DNA from: a virus
Taxonomy: Duplodnaviria > Caudoviricetes
DNA: 55,204 nt
Reading direction: 5' to 3' (one strand)
Virus record (IMG/VR): IMGVR_UViG_3300009529_000010
Location: 1 to 55,204 of that record
In this document: positions 18,135-27,011 of the stretch, in pieces
Position numbering within the stretch: the first letter of the stretch is position 1
Layout: the number at the start of each line of letters is the position of its first letter
Translations under genes and position numbers: made by a program
The notes under the pieces: generated by a model
Databases searched by the model: none
The model's input: the letters and a program-made list of their open reading frames with translations, nothing else
Told to the model about the DNA's origin: nothing

Positions 18135-19503
18135 CGGACATTTCCTCCGTTAGTTCATCGACGCGGCGTTTGAGGAACGCCACAAAATCACTTGTGGGTA
18201 ATGAAGGCAGCCTGGAACTCGTAGAAATCGTTGCATGCCGGGGACCAGAATTCTGACCGCGGGGATCAACGTACACCCCAAGATCAGTAACTACTGGTTC
18301 CATTGTACCACTATTCAGTGGAATTGGTTTCCCAGAAAAGTCAGTTTCTTTGATCCCCGGTGGTGGATCAGTCTTATCGGAGGTTGCCAATGATGGCACA
18401 ACCACCTCTTGACTCTGGGCCCGGACTACAATTCCCGCACGCTTTTGATGCAGATTGGAAACATCACACAAGAAAGCCGATCGATTCGCATGTGCAGGGC
18501 GACTCCCAAACACCTGGGCAAACTCAATCAGAAACTCTTGGTGGGTTTCCCCAATGCGTACAATGCGCTCTCTCTCCCAAAAGGAAGGCACGATCGCCTT
18601 TCCTACCTTAGCTAATCTGTAGGACAGCATGCAAATTTCTGCCATCCTCTCGTAGCAGACCGCTGGGCTTACACGCTGCATCGCCTCCATTGCCGCCTCC
18701 AGGGCCTTCGATACATCCGTCCCGATGCTCTCCAACACGTCCAGGTAAAACGAGTTGGCATCAAGCTGGAGGTAGGACCGGACATTCTCCGACGAGACCT
18801 TGCCCATCGTAGAGACGCCCTCGATCGCCTTCAGGCAATCCCGGATGTGGCACTCGGTCACCTCCGCCACAAGCGTGAGCGCCTCACGATCATACTCAAA
18901 CCCCTCTGCCTCACAGATCTCTGCCAACCGGGCGGCAATCACATCCGGCGAGTTGACTTGGATCTTGAAGACCGGGGCGCACCGGCTAAGAATGGCCGGT
19001 CGCATCTTCGCAGGCTCCGTAGTGCAGAAAATACACACGAGCTGCTTATCCGAGGAACCTGCCCGAGTGTTTTCCAAAGGCAGCAGAAGGGCGTCCATCG
19101 CCGACTTGGACAGCTCGTGGGACTCGTCAAACAGGTATACCTTCTGTTTCCCAGAGAAGGACCCGAACTGGATATCCTCGACAATTTTGGCGATGTCCTC
19201 CTTTTTGGAGTGATTCGCCGCATCCACCTCTACAAAGTCATCGTGGGATCGGTCCGCATCGAGCATTGTCTTGCACGAAACGCACTGGTCACAAGGTTCA
19301 CCGTTCACCGGCGACTCACAAAGCAAGGCTCTGGCAAGAATACGAGCTTGTGTAGTCTTGCCAGAGCCGTACTGGCCCGCAAAAACGTAAGACTGACGGA
19401 ACCCCCGGCCTTGCCGAACAAGCTCCTTTAGGATCTGAATGGTGCCGTCCTGTCCTAGAACGTCCGCATAGACCCGGGGACGGTATTTGTCGTCGAGACT
19501 CAC
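18094..19503 (-). CDS. dnaX: DNA polymerase III clamp loader gamma/tau subunit
   Basis: KYRP...DVLGQ, Walker A GQYGSGKTT, Zn module C..PCDQCVSC, EVDAA, DESH and SRC motifs. Confidence 0.93.
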   Translation of the reverse strand: MSLDDKYRPRVYADVLGQDGTIQILKELVRQGRGFRQSYVFAGQYGSGKTTQARILARALLCESPVNGEPCDQCVSCKTMLDADRSHDDFVEVDAANHSKKEDIAKIVEDIQFGSFSGKQKVYLFDESHELSKSAMDALLLPLENTRAGSSDKQLVCIFCTTEPAKMRPAILSRCAPVFKIQVNSPDVIAARLAEICEAEGFEYDREALTLVAEVTECHIRDCLKAIEGVSTMGKVSSENVRSYLQLDANSFYLDVLESIGTDVSKALEAAMEAMQRVSPAVCYERMAEICMLSYRLAKVGKAIVPSFWERERIVRIGETHQEFLIEFAQVFGSRPAHANRSAFLCDVSNLHQKRAGIVVRAQSQEVVVPSLATSDKTDPPPGIKETDFSGKPIPLNSGTMEPVVTDLGVYVDPRGQNSGPRHATISTSSRLPSLPTSDFVAFLKRRVDELTEEMSGGRSTRWNDMGSS

Positions 19504-19515
19504 GATTCTTCCAGG

Positions 19516-20031
19516 TTAGTCGTCGATAATGTCCGACACGTCGGTCTTGGCAGCGCGCTTCTGTGGCTTGTTCGCGTTGTCCTTGAACATCTTCTCCACT
19601 GCCGAAGCAGTGTCGTCATCCATCGGACGCCACATCCCGTGACGTGCAACCTCGTCCCTGTAACCGACGAAGTCAGGGGGACGAATACCACACTTGATTT
19701 CCCCGCTCTGGGCGTCTTCCTCGACCGCCATCGAACACAGGTGGTGGTCGATCAAAGCCACCCTCTGCTCATCCGTAAGCTGGTTCCACTCGTCAGCCCC
19801 CAGCTCAATGATGTAGCGGTAGTCGTACTTCTTGTCCGTCAAAACGGGGAGGATCGGCGGAGACTTCTTGGTCTTCCCAAGAATCGTCACACCATTGGTG
19901 ACGCTCGCCTTTTCCTTGAAAAGGACAACGATCTCCTCTTGGATGATCGCCAGGTCCGGGTGATACTGATTGATAAGACCCACCATCATCTTGATGGTCT
20001 CCGGGCCCGCTTTCCACATGTCTTGTGCCAT
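19516..20031 (-). CDS. Putative phage metallopeptidase-like protein
   Basis: LGKTKK...YIIEL..DEW..L...QRVALIDHHLC...PPDF..Y..EVARHG.W pattern of the phage metallopeptidase family (HH in place of HE). Confidence 0.65.
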   Translation of the reverse strand: MAQDMWKAGPETIKMMVGLINQYHPDLAIIQEEIVVLFKEKASVTNGVTILGKTKKSPPILPVLTDKKYDYRYIIELGADEWNQLTDEQRVALIDHHLCSMAVEEDAQSGEIKCGIRPPDFVGYRDEVARHGMWRPMDDDTASAVEKMFKDNANKPQKRAAKTDVSDIIDD

Positions 20032-20040
20032 TGTTTCCTT

Positions 20041-20727
20041 TCAAATGAAACGTGAGAATGCCTCACGGACAGCTACTGCTCCACCTCGATCCCACAGATC
20101 CCCAGGGTCAACCCCGGGACCTCCATAAGGGATCTCCCTGCATGATACCCGAAACCGGGTGAGATCTTGAACGGCCTTCTTAGACCCCCTACGCCCCGCC
20201 TCATCCATGTCAAAACACATGTTAACCATGGGGGGCTTCCATCGTCGAAAGAACTCAAGGTGCTTGAAGTTCAAGTGCGCAGGGCCCGACCCCAGGATCG
20301 CACCCTGGTCTTCAACCGCGTGCTCTAAAGCAAACATGTCAAAAGCACCCTCGACCACCCATACGGGCTTACCTTCCCAAATCCGTCTCATGCCCCAGGG
20401 CATGCCAATCCATGATACAGTCCAGTTCGCTTCCGGAAGAAGGAATCGAGAGACGTCTTTGCGCTCTACACTTCGGGAGTCAAAGCCTAAAAGCTTCCCC
20501 CTAGGAGAGCAGATCGGTAAGATCGTTTTGCCCTCAAAAAAGTCAAGGCTTTGGCCATATCTCTCGGCCAAAGCCTTATCCGGGATCGGGTCCGTGAGAG
20601 GTTCAAAGGTCGTGGCCCCCATCTCCTGGAGTGTCTGAGCCTTCGCCCCCCGAGCCATCAGGTAATCCCTTGCTTCCTCGCTCAGGGTGCTGTTCCTCAG
20701 ACAGGTCTCCAACCAACTCCGCACCAT
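20041..20727 (-). CDS. DnaG-type primase catalytic core (Toprim), no zinc-binding domain
   Basis: ARDYLMARG, GFDSR, VVEGAFD, CFDMDEAG and DPGD motifs. Likely start MVRSW at 20727. Confidence 0.8.
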   Translation of the reverse strand: MVRSWLETCLRNSTLSEEARDYLMARGAKAQTLQEMGATTFEPLTDPIPDKALAERYGQSLDFFEGKTILPICSPRGKLLGFDSRSVERKDVSRFLLPEANWTVSWIGMPWGMRRIWEGKPVWVVEGAFDMFALEHAVEDQGAILGSGPAHLNFKHLEFFRRWKPPMVNMCFDMDEAGRRGSKKAVQDLTRFRVSCREIPYGGPGVDPGDLWDRGGAVAVREAFSRFI

Positions 20728-21253
20728 CAAATGCGATGGCGATAGCTTTGGAGGCGTTGTGGACGACGGCGACGGCAATGTTATTTCCAAAGGCACCAAA
20801 AGTTCCTAGATAGCTACGGTCTTTGGGGAGAAAAATCACCGTCCCCGCAGGTACCCAACGAGACCATACTACGTTCCAAGTGGGATCCAGAAGCTCTGGA
20901 GCCACAGTTGGGGAGGCGATAACTTCAAGCTCTTCCAACCCCTTGTCAATCAAAAACTCCAAGCAAGATTCGAGCCCAGAGGATGTCAAGGGTTGGACGT
21001 TTCCCCACCCATCCAGGATGGAGCGCTCTACAATCGTGGCAACGATCTCCTCCGAGAGCCCTTGGATGGGCCGCGTAGCGGCTCGTAGGAACCCTTCGGA
21101 GCTGGGGGAGTCTACCCACAGGACCGAGCGACTCGACGACACCAGATAGGGTACATGGCGATCCTCGAAGGGGAACTCCAACATCGCTGGGATCCCCTCG
21201 TTTTTCTGAACCAGATCTCGAAATGAGACCATGTCAAGTAAAATATCACTCAT
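20603..21253 (-). CDS. Hypothetical protein (C-terminus weakly capsid/encapsulin-like)
   Basis: 216-aa ORF in the operon; segment VVWSRWVPAGTVIFLP...YLG...VVHNASKAIAI. Confidence 0.55.
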   Translation of the reverse strand: MSDILLDMVSFRDLVQKNEGIPAMLEFPFEDRHVPYLVSSSRSVLWVDSPSSEGFLRAATRPIQGLSEEIVATIVERSILDGWGNVQPLTSSGLESCLEFLIDKGLEELEVIASPTVAPELLDPTWNVVWSRWVPAGTVIFLPKDRSYLGTFGAFGNNIAVAVVHNASKAIAIAFDGAELVGDLSEEQHPERGSKGLPDGSGGEGSDTPGDGGHDL

Positions 21254-21752
21254 CGGATTCCTCCAAAAACGGGTCGTCGGGCAAGTCCTCCGGCTCCTCC
21301 GTCCCCGAGGGCATCAAAACCACCAGACTGGAGTTTTTCACGAGGGGAGTCTCCGGGTCCTTCTCATTCTTCTGAGAACCTAACACCCACATCAAGGCCA
21401 CCACGTCGGGGAAGTCCCTTGCCAGGTCCCCCAAGGAGATGGGGGACCCGTCCAAGCCCAAACGAGCGGCAAACTGCCGCTTCAATGCCTCGGCAGTATG
21501 CTTGTGCTCGAAATAAGGGCACTTTTGAGCTAGCTCTAAACCCCCCAGGTTCCGGTCACAAACCAGGGTGTTCTGTTCCTTGTGCGAACAGCGCCGAATA
21601 ATGTGAAGCCCGGAAGAGGGGGTTTTTAGCTTCACTTCCTCATTGTACTTGCAGTTGCAAGGATGTCGTTTGAGGCTTTTTTCGACGAACTTCTTACGGT
21701 GTCGAAAGACGACTTGCTTGACTTTCTGTCGGATCTGGCTTTCGCTCTTCAC
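21246..21752 (-). CDS. Hypothetical Cys-containing protein
   Basis: 168 aa with HPCNC...C...C...CPYF, a possible metal-binding site. Confidence 0.65.
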   Translation of the reverse strand: MKSESQIRQKVKQVVFRHRKKFVEKSLKRHPCNCKYNEEVKLKTPSSGLHIIRRCSHKEQNTLVCDRNLGGLELAQKCPYFEHKHTAEALKRQFAARLGLDGSPISLGDLARDFPDVVALMWVLGSQKNEKDPETPLVKNSSLVVLMPSGTEEPEDLPDDPFLEESDE

Positions 21753-21753
21753 G

Positions 21754-22404
21754 TCATTCCTCCGAACCGCGGGCTTTGAACACGGCCTTGTTCCCTACCT
21801 TCGAAACAAGGTACGCCTGATCTGCCGCTCCGACGACCGCATCATCATGAGACACTAGGAGGATATCCAAGTTCAAGCGCTTGGCCAACGTTGCCAAGAA
21901 CCCCGAAGCCCGATCCACGTATTTATCCGCGACAGCCCCCAACGTCTCATCCAAAAGAAGGAGGGGGCGCAGACCCCTCCTGAAGACCACCGAGATGCGC
22001 ATAAACACCTCTTCCATGGTCATCACAGCACCTCCGAACAGATCATCGGACAGCCCCTCGATCTCTGTCCCATCGGGTCGTTTCTCCACTGTAAGGAGAG
22101 ACACCGTGACCTTGCCGCGTTCTTCCTTGACTACCGCCTTGACGGAAAGCTCCTGGTCGTGAAAGATCTCCTGGAGACCTTCCGTCTGAAGTTTCTCGAT
22201 CGCAGCAACTCCAGACATCACCTCATTGTCAATAAGGCGCCGGAGAAGGCCCCCCACAAGTTCCAAGAGCTGCTCTTCGTTCTCCAGGGCTTTGATCTTG
22301 GCCGTATTCGCGTCGATCTGATCAACCACAGCATCGCGCAGGGCTACTGCGCGGTCTGCCATCGTCTTGACGGAATCAATATTGGGAGGGGCCGGAAGCA
22401 TCAC
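21754..22404 (-). CDS. SbcC/Rad50-like ABC ATPase, C-terminal half
   Basis: Short coiled coil, then signature-like LFGG, Walker B LLLLDETLGAV and H-loop LLVSHD. No Walker A. Confidence 0.8.
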   Translation of the reverse strand: MMLPAPPNIDSVKTMADRAVALRDAVVDQIDANTAKIKALENEEQLLELVGGLLRRLIDNEVMSGVAAIEKLQTEGLQEIFHDQELSVKAVVKEERGKVTVSLLTVEKRPDGTEIEGLSDDLFGGAVMTMEEVFMRISVVFRRGLRPLLLLDETLGAVADKYVDRASGFLATLAKRLNLDILLVSHDDAVVGAADQAYLVSKVGNKAVFKARGSEE

Positions 22405-23570
22405 ATCATCCAGACCAATATGACAAGGTAATCATCCTTGTCTCGGCTTTCCTGAAAGCGAGAGAACCCACCGGCCACTTTTCCGGCGGGGTTCTTCTTC
22501 AGGTTCAAGCCCATCGTGATCTCGTCTCCCTTGTACTGGGAAAGCACACGCATCAAATGCGGAGCAGGGAGATCAAACCCCTCCTCCGGGAAGGCGGCTG
22601 TCTGTGCCTCGTCGGCGTCGAACTTGGAGCCGGCTTCCATTTCCAAGTGGTAGATGTTCCGCGACCCCGAAGCCGAGGCCATACTGACCATCACCTGACC
22701 CCGATCCGCCTTGAAGTTCACGCGGATATCTTCCTTCGAGGCTCCGGCCTCAAGTGCTTGAATCGAGGACTTCAGATCAGCGGTTTTGAGGTTCCAGGCA
22801 AACTGGTCATCATCCGTGCCGACCGTGAGATCGGGAAAGGCGTGGGAGGGGCGCCCAACGTTGAGAAGGCTACTATCGTTTCGGATAATGAACATCCGGT
22901 TATCGGTCTCTCGGATCTCCACCTCCTCATCCCCGGCAGCCGTCAAAAACCCGATCACCGACCCCAGGTCTTTGCCATGGACCCGGAACGCCCCGTTACC
23001 CTGCAACGCATCCAACTTGACCACCCCCAGGGAAGCCTTGTCTGTCGCTTCCAAAAGCCGCTCTCCGTTATACTCCTTGACCTCCGTCACCGAAAGACGC
23101 GGGTTCTTGGTGTCCTTGTCGGAAATGAACAGCTTGACATGAGAAAAGGCCGAGGCCAGGCTTTTGGCCCCAATACGGTAACCCTCTTCAGAGGAGGAAA
23201 ATTGGTCGTCCCAGTAAGGGAACAACTCGGGATCAAGGGAGTTGAGACGAATCGAGCCCTTCGGACTCTTGGCAACGATCTTCTTGTCTGAGGTGACCTC
23301 CAGCGACAAGACCGAGTTCTCGACTGCTGCGATCCACGACTTGAGGCGCTTGGCCTCTACCGTGAATGATGTAGCGGCTTCGCTCACCGTCGCATTGCAG
23401 ATCAATGGAGCCGATACCCCAACCCTCCCGTTATTGGCCAACACCTCAGTATGGCCGTCAACATGGCGAAACACAAAGTGAGTCGTCATATCAGCTCCAG
23501 TACCGGCTACTCCAACGGCAGCCACCGAAAGGGTGGCCTCTAAATCTCGTTTCGTGACTTCAATTTTCAT
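22401..23570 (-). CDS. dnaN: DNA polymerase III beta sliding clamp
   Basis: 389 aa; MKIEVTKRDL start, LDPELFP, LEATD and HAFPD segments typical of DnaN; clamp-loader genes nearby. Confidence 0.75.
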   Translation of the reverse strand: MKIEVTKRDLEATLSVAAVGVAGTGADMTTHFVFRHVDGHTEVLANNGRVGVSAPLICNATVSEAATSFTVEAKRLKSWIAAVENSVLSLEVTSDKKIVAKSPKGSIRLNSLDPELFPYWDDQFSSSEEGYRIGAKSLASAFSHVKLFISDKDTKNPRLSVTEVKEYNGERLLEATDKASLGVVKLDALQGNGAFRVHGKDLGSVIGFLTAAGDEEVEIRETDNRMFIIRNDSSLLNVGRPSHAFPDLTVGTDDDQFAWNLKTADLKSSIQALEAGASKEDIRVNFKADRGQVMVSMASASGSRNIYHLEMEAGSKFDADEAQTAAFPEEGFDLPAPHLMRVLSQYKGDEITMGLNLKKNPAGKVAGGFSRFQESRDKDDYLVILVWMM

Positions 23571-23835
23571 TCTTGACTCCCAGGTACGGTCGGAGCTTCT
23601 GCTCCGTTTCAGTGTTGTCTTTTTCCAGTGCTTCCACTGCTGTCTTGTAGCGTTGCTCTAGCTGCTCCAAAACCCCATCAATCTGTTCTGGCTCGAACTT
23701 TTTCTGTCGACACTCTTCCTCGACAGCTTTGAGGTTCTTCAAAGCCTCTTCCCAACGACCCTTGAGGCGCTCCACCTCTCGGGAGAGCTGGTTCCGCTTC
23801 TTTACGGCCTGATCAAAACGGTCATCTAATTCCAT
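23560..23835 (-). CDS. Small coiled-coil protein
   Basis: 91 aa, heptad-rich, located between the two SbcC halves. Confidence 0.7.
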   Translation of the reverse strand: MELDDRFDQAVKKRNQLSREVERLKGRWEEALKNLKAVEEECRQKKFEPEQIDGVLEQLEQRYKTAVEALEKDNTETEQKLRPYLGVKNEN

Positions 23836-23853
23836 AAGGACACCTGTGGTCTA

Positions 23854-24780
23854 CTACTCCAAAATGTCCCCAAGGAAACCCACGTCGACCGGTCCATTCG
23901 ATGCGTCAATCGTTGGCAAAGATTTTGACCCCCGACGCCGGCTCCGATTGATCTCCTTCGCCGCTTGACGCTCAGGGCACACTTCCTCAAAGTCGCACAA
24001 ACGGCAATGTTTTGCCACTGTTCGAGCCGGAAACTCCTCACGAATCATACCCCGCTTGGCGACCACGGCTCGATCCGCAAGGGCTCTTAGGTCTCGCCTG
24101 GTAAAGTCTACCCACTCCACGCCAGTTTCCCCCTCTTCTTCATCGTGAGGGTACCGAAACCACACAAAAGCTAAGCGATCAGGCAAACTCCCATACTCCA
24201 GAGAGTATGCCAAGGCGTAGTATCGAAGCTGGTCTGGGTTGACATACTTCATCTTCGTGGCGGAGTTCTTTCCGTCCAAGATGGTGACCCCTGTATCGTC
24301 CCTTCGGATCAGGAAGTCGACTTTACCCGCAATCTTGATGTCCCCCAACATGCCGGAAACCTTCACCTCAGATTTCGCATAGGGGCCCAAGAATTTGTGG
24401 GCTTTCATCGTCCGAAGATACCCGATTACCCCAGACTCACACGTCTCCAATAGCTCTTCCCACGAGGGGGAGAAGTGCCAATCGATGTACATGGTTGGGT
24501 AAGTCTCGGCAAACCTGTCACGAGTCATCTGGATAAGTCGGTCTTCTACATCCCCGCTTTCTTTCCAAAGAAAGCCGTTGTAAAAATCCTCCAACACCCC
24601 TTGAATGACAATGCCCATAAGGGCATGGTGCTTAGACTTATCGTCAGGCCGCTGTTTGGGCTTCCCCGGGCCACGTCCTAAATCAATACCATCCCAGCCC
24701 GAATACCACAGGAACTTCTGCGGGCACGTTTCGTAATTGAAAAGCTGGGTGGGGTACAGAGCGCTTTTTGGTCCAGCCAT
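23854..24780 (-). CDS. PD-(D/E)XK nuclease, Cas4/AddB-like with predicted Fe-S cluster
   Basis: N-terminal CP, GKVD...ILDGK, QL..YA and C-terminal CRLC....C. Confidence 0.85.
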   Translation of the reverse strand: MAGPKSALYPTQLFNYETCPQKFLWYSGWDGIDLGRGPGKPKQRPDDKSKHHALMGIVIQGVLEDFYNGFLWKESGDVEDRLIQMTRDRFAETYPTMYIDWHFSPSWEELLETCESGVIGYLRTMKAHKFLGPYAKSEVKVSGMLGDIKIAGKVDFLIRRDDTGVTILDGKNSATKMKYVNPDQLRYYALAYSLEYGSLPDRLAFVWFRYPHDEEEGETGVEWVDFTRRDLRALADRAVVAKRGMIREEFPARTVAKHCRLCDFEEVCPERQAAKEINRSRRRGSKSLPTIDASNGPVDVGFLGDILE

Positions 24781-24792
24781 GCTGCCCCCACA

Positions 24793-25800
24793 CTACCGCT
24801 TCGTCGCCCTCTCCATGTAATCCAATGCCCGGTCTTTTACCTTGCCCGGAATCCCGTCAAGATTCTCGATCGTCTGCTCCAATGTCGAGGAAACCGTCCC
24901 CTCCAGGGACTTGGCCACCTCATCAACAAAGGCATCCATAGTCATGGATCGGGATTCTTCACGGACCCGTTTCTCCATATCGAAGACTTCCGACGAGGGG
25001 CGCACCTTGAGACGCTGAACTTCGATCTTGGGTTGCGACTTGCCTTCGAAGGTCAGGATTGCCACCCCAGGCTTTCGGTCAACGTTGTCTTGACTCAACG
25101 ATCCTCGGGTAAGCGACCCGATGTTCACCACCCACTTACCCGGGGCGATTTCGGTAACTCCCTGGTCCTTATGCCAGTGGCCAAAAAGCCAAACCGAAAC
25201 CTCCGGGTTCAAATCTACCAGGTCCGAATACTTGATGATGTCTTCACCGGCGAACATGGAGCCCCCATGTGGAGAAGCCAGAACATGTGCCATGACGACC
25301 AAATGGTCCGCCTCCCCCTTCTCGATATCTCGAAAATGGTCCAGATCATATCTCGGCCCGTGGTAGGGGATCCCAGCGACTTTCACCCTACAGGTGCTGT
25401 CTGAGAACTCCTGCTCATACCGTTGCGTTACCTGCCCCTCTTCGCGCACGGTGTAGCAACGACGAAAAACACCGCTCTCGAATAAGGTCCCAAGAGGGCT
25501 TTCGGGGAGGGCTGAAATTTGACTGTGTCGGCAGTCATGATTGCCCACGTTAGCAAAAACGGGACAAGGGTAGGCGGCATGAACCCCTACAATCCGCTGA
25601 ACCAGGCTGTGCGTTGTTCTTGAGGGAGTCTTGGGGTTGAAGAAGTCCCCGCCGTCGAGAACAGCAGTTGCGCCTACCTGCTCGGCGATCTGACCTACCT
25701 GGGTGAGTTTGTCCATCACCGTTGTAGCCCAATCGTCCGTGCGACTCGCCGGAGACTGATCGGCACAATGAACGTCTGTTCGCCAAACAAAACGAATCAC
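24793..25800 (-). CDS. sbcD: SbcD/Mre11-like metallophosphoesterase nuclease
   Basis: TDVH, GGDFF, GNHD, GHWH and NIGS calcineurin-like motifs. Confidence 0.88.
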   Translation of the reverse strand: MIRFVWRTDVHCADQSPASRTDDWATTVMDKLTQVGQIAEQVGATAVLDGGDFFNPKTPSRTTHSLVQRIVGVHAAYPCPVFANVGNHDCRHSQISALPESPLGTLFESGVFRRCYTVREEGQVTQRYEQEFSDSTCRVKVAGIPYHGPRYDLDHFRDIEKGEADHLVVMAHVLASPHGGSMFAGEDIIKYSDLVDLNPEVSVWLFGHWHKDQGVTEIAPGKWVVNIGSLTRGSLSQDNVDRKPGVAILTFEGKSQPKIEVQRLKVRPSSEVFDMEKRVREESRSMTMDAFVDEVAKSLEGTVSSTLEQTIENLDGIPGKVKDRALDYMERATKR

Positions 25801-26996
25801 GAAGACACCCCCATATCCAGCATCTGCCGGTACAGATTGTCGATCGCTTCCATGTTTGGTGCCCGTGGGAGCGTCGAGTGTTTCGCAGCTTCCTCCACCT
25901 CCCTTTCGATACTCTCTGCCTGTTCGATCAGCTCGTCATACGACAGCTCTCCTCGACGAATCGACAAAAGCTCTTTAGCGTCTGGACGGCGAACCTGGAC
26001 CTCACCGTCTCGAAGGATTTCGAGCCCCATCCGCATCAGTCGGATAAGGTGGGACCCGTGCTTGCAATCGAAACCAAACTTGGCTTCCAATTCAGCCCGT
26101 GCAGGATTCCGATCCTGTTTCCATTTCTGGAACTGTTGCCACCCCTTGCGAGCCATCCGATAGGAGCGTTCGGCCTTGATCACGGAGAGGGTCTCTGCGG
26201 GGACCCCAATGGATACAGCCGCCTGATGATACATTTGATCCTCGTAGTCATCCGATTGGGTCTTCAGGAGAGACCCATAAAAGTCCCGCACCCGTTCTCG
26301 GAACACGTCTTGAGACGCCCCCGTGATCTCGATATCATCCTCCATCTCCCACTCACGCAAAACCTTCTTGACCGCCTCATCTACGGTGTTTCGGATGTCT
26401 GCCGGTAACACGCTTTCCTCGGGAAGCCCAAAATCTGCCCGCATGGGTTCTTTTTGCGGAGGGTGTAGAAGCCATTCCCGATGGCCTTTGATCCTTCGAA
26501 GCTGCGAATGCGCGTACCCCAGGAAGGTATGCTTGCACTTTTTTGAGAGGAACAGATCCCTTTGTTCCCGAGCCAGCTCCCAAACAGGGGTTCGGAACAG
26601 AACATCTCGCTCCGCCACGAAAAGCAACTCCAGGATGTTCGGGTTCGCATTCGCGGCTAACTTGAGGAACTTCTGGAGTCCGAAAACTACCAGATCGATG
26701 TTCTGGTGCTTCATGTACGACAAAGACGCCGTATCATGAACCGCGAGACGGTTCAGGGCCTGAACAGAGTTCGGGCCCCATGATGCCTCTTGCGTGGCGG
26801 CCGTGTACTGCTCAAAGGTCTTGAAGACAGAATCTCGTATCTCACGTGGGGGGATGCACACTCCCCGAATATCCACGTCAGAATCAGGACCCGCCATGCC
26901 GTAAGCGTGGGAACCGCTAAGCGTCAAAAAGACCGTAGAAGGGTCGAGGTTAAAGTGCATGGGTCTTATACTCTCAAGGCGCAGGGGTCGTGCCAC
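25797..26996 (-). CDS. Pol-beta-family nucleotidyltransferase (RlaP-like)
   Basis: GSHAYG....SDVDIRG, NPNILELLF and K...HLIRL motifs; AGGAGG RBS before the GTG start. Confidence 0.85.
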   Translation of the reverse strand: MARPLRLESIRPMHFNLDPSTVFLTLSGSHAYGMAGPDSDVDIRGVCIPPREIRDSVFKTFEQYTAATQEASWGPNSVQALNRLAVHDTASLSYMKHQNIDLVVFGLQKFLKLAANANPNILELLFVAERDVLFRTPVWELAREQRDLFLSKKCKHTFLGYAHSQLRRIKGHREWLLHPPQKEPMRADFGLPEESVLPADIRNTVDEAVKKVLREWEMEDDIEITGASQDVFRERVRDFYGSLLKTQSDDYEDQMYHQAAVSIGVPAETLSVIKAERSYRMARKGWQQFQKWKQDRNPARAELEAKFGFDCKHGSHLIRLMRMGLEILRDGEVQVRRPDAKELLSIRRGELSYDELIEQAESIEREVEEAAKHSTLPRAPNMEAIDNLYRQMLDMGVSS

Positions 26997-27011
26997 GGAG
27001 AACCTCCTGGC

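Noticed and set aside
21754-22404. SbcC halves as pseudogene fragments
   Set aside because: Both halves are intact, tightly coupled to neighbouring genes and retain catalytic motifs; they are not adjacent frameshift pieces.
23854-24780. Cas4-like nuclease as evidence of a CRISPR-Cas system
   Set aside because: No repeat-spacer array or other cas genes; the context is recombination.
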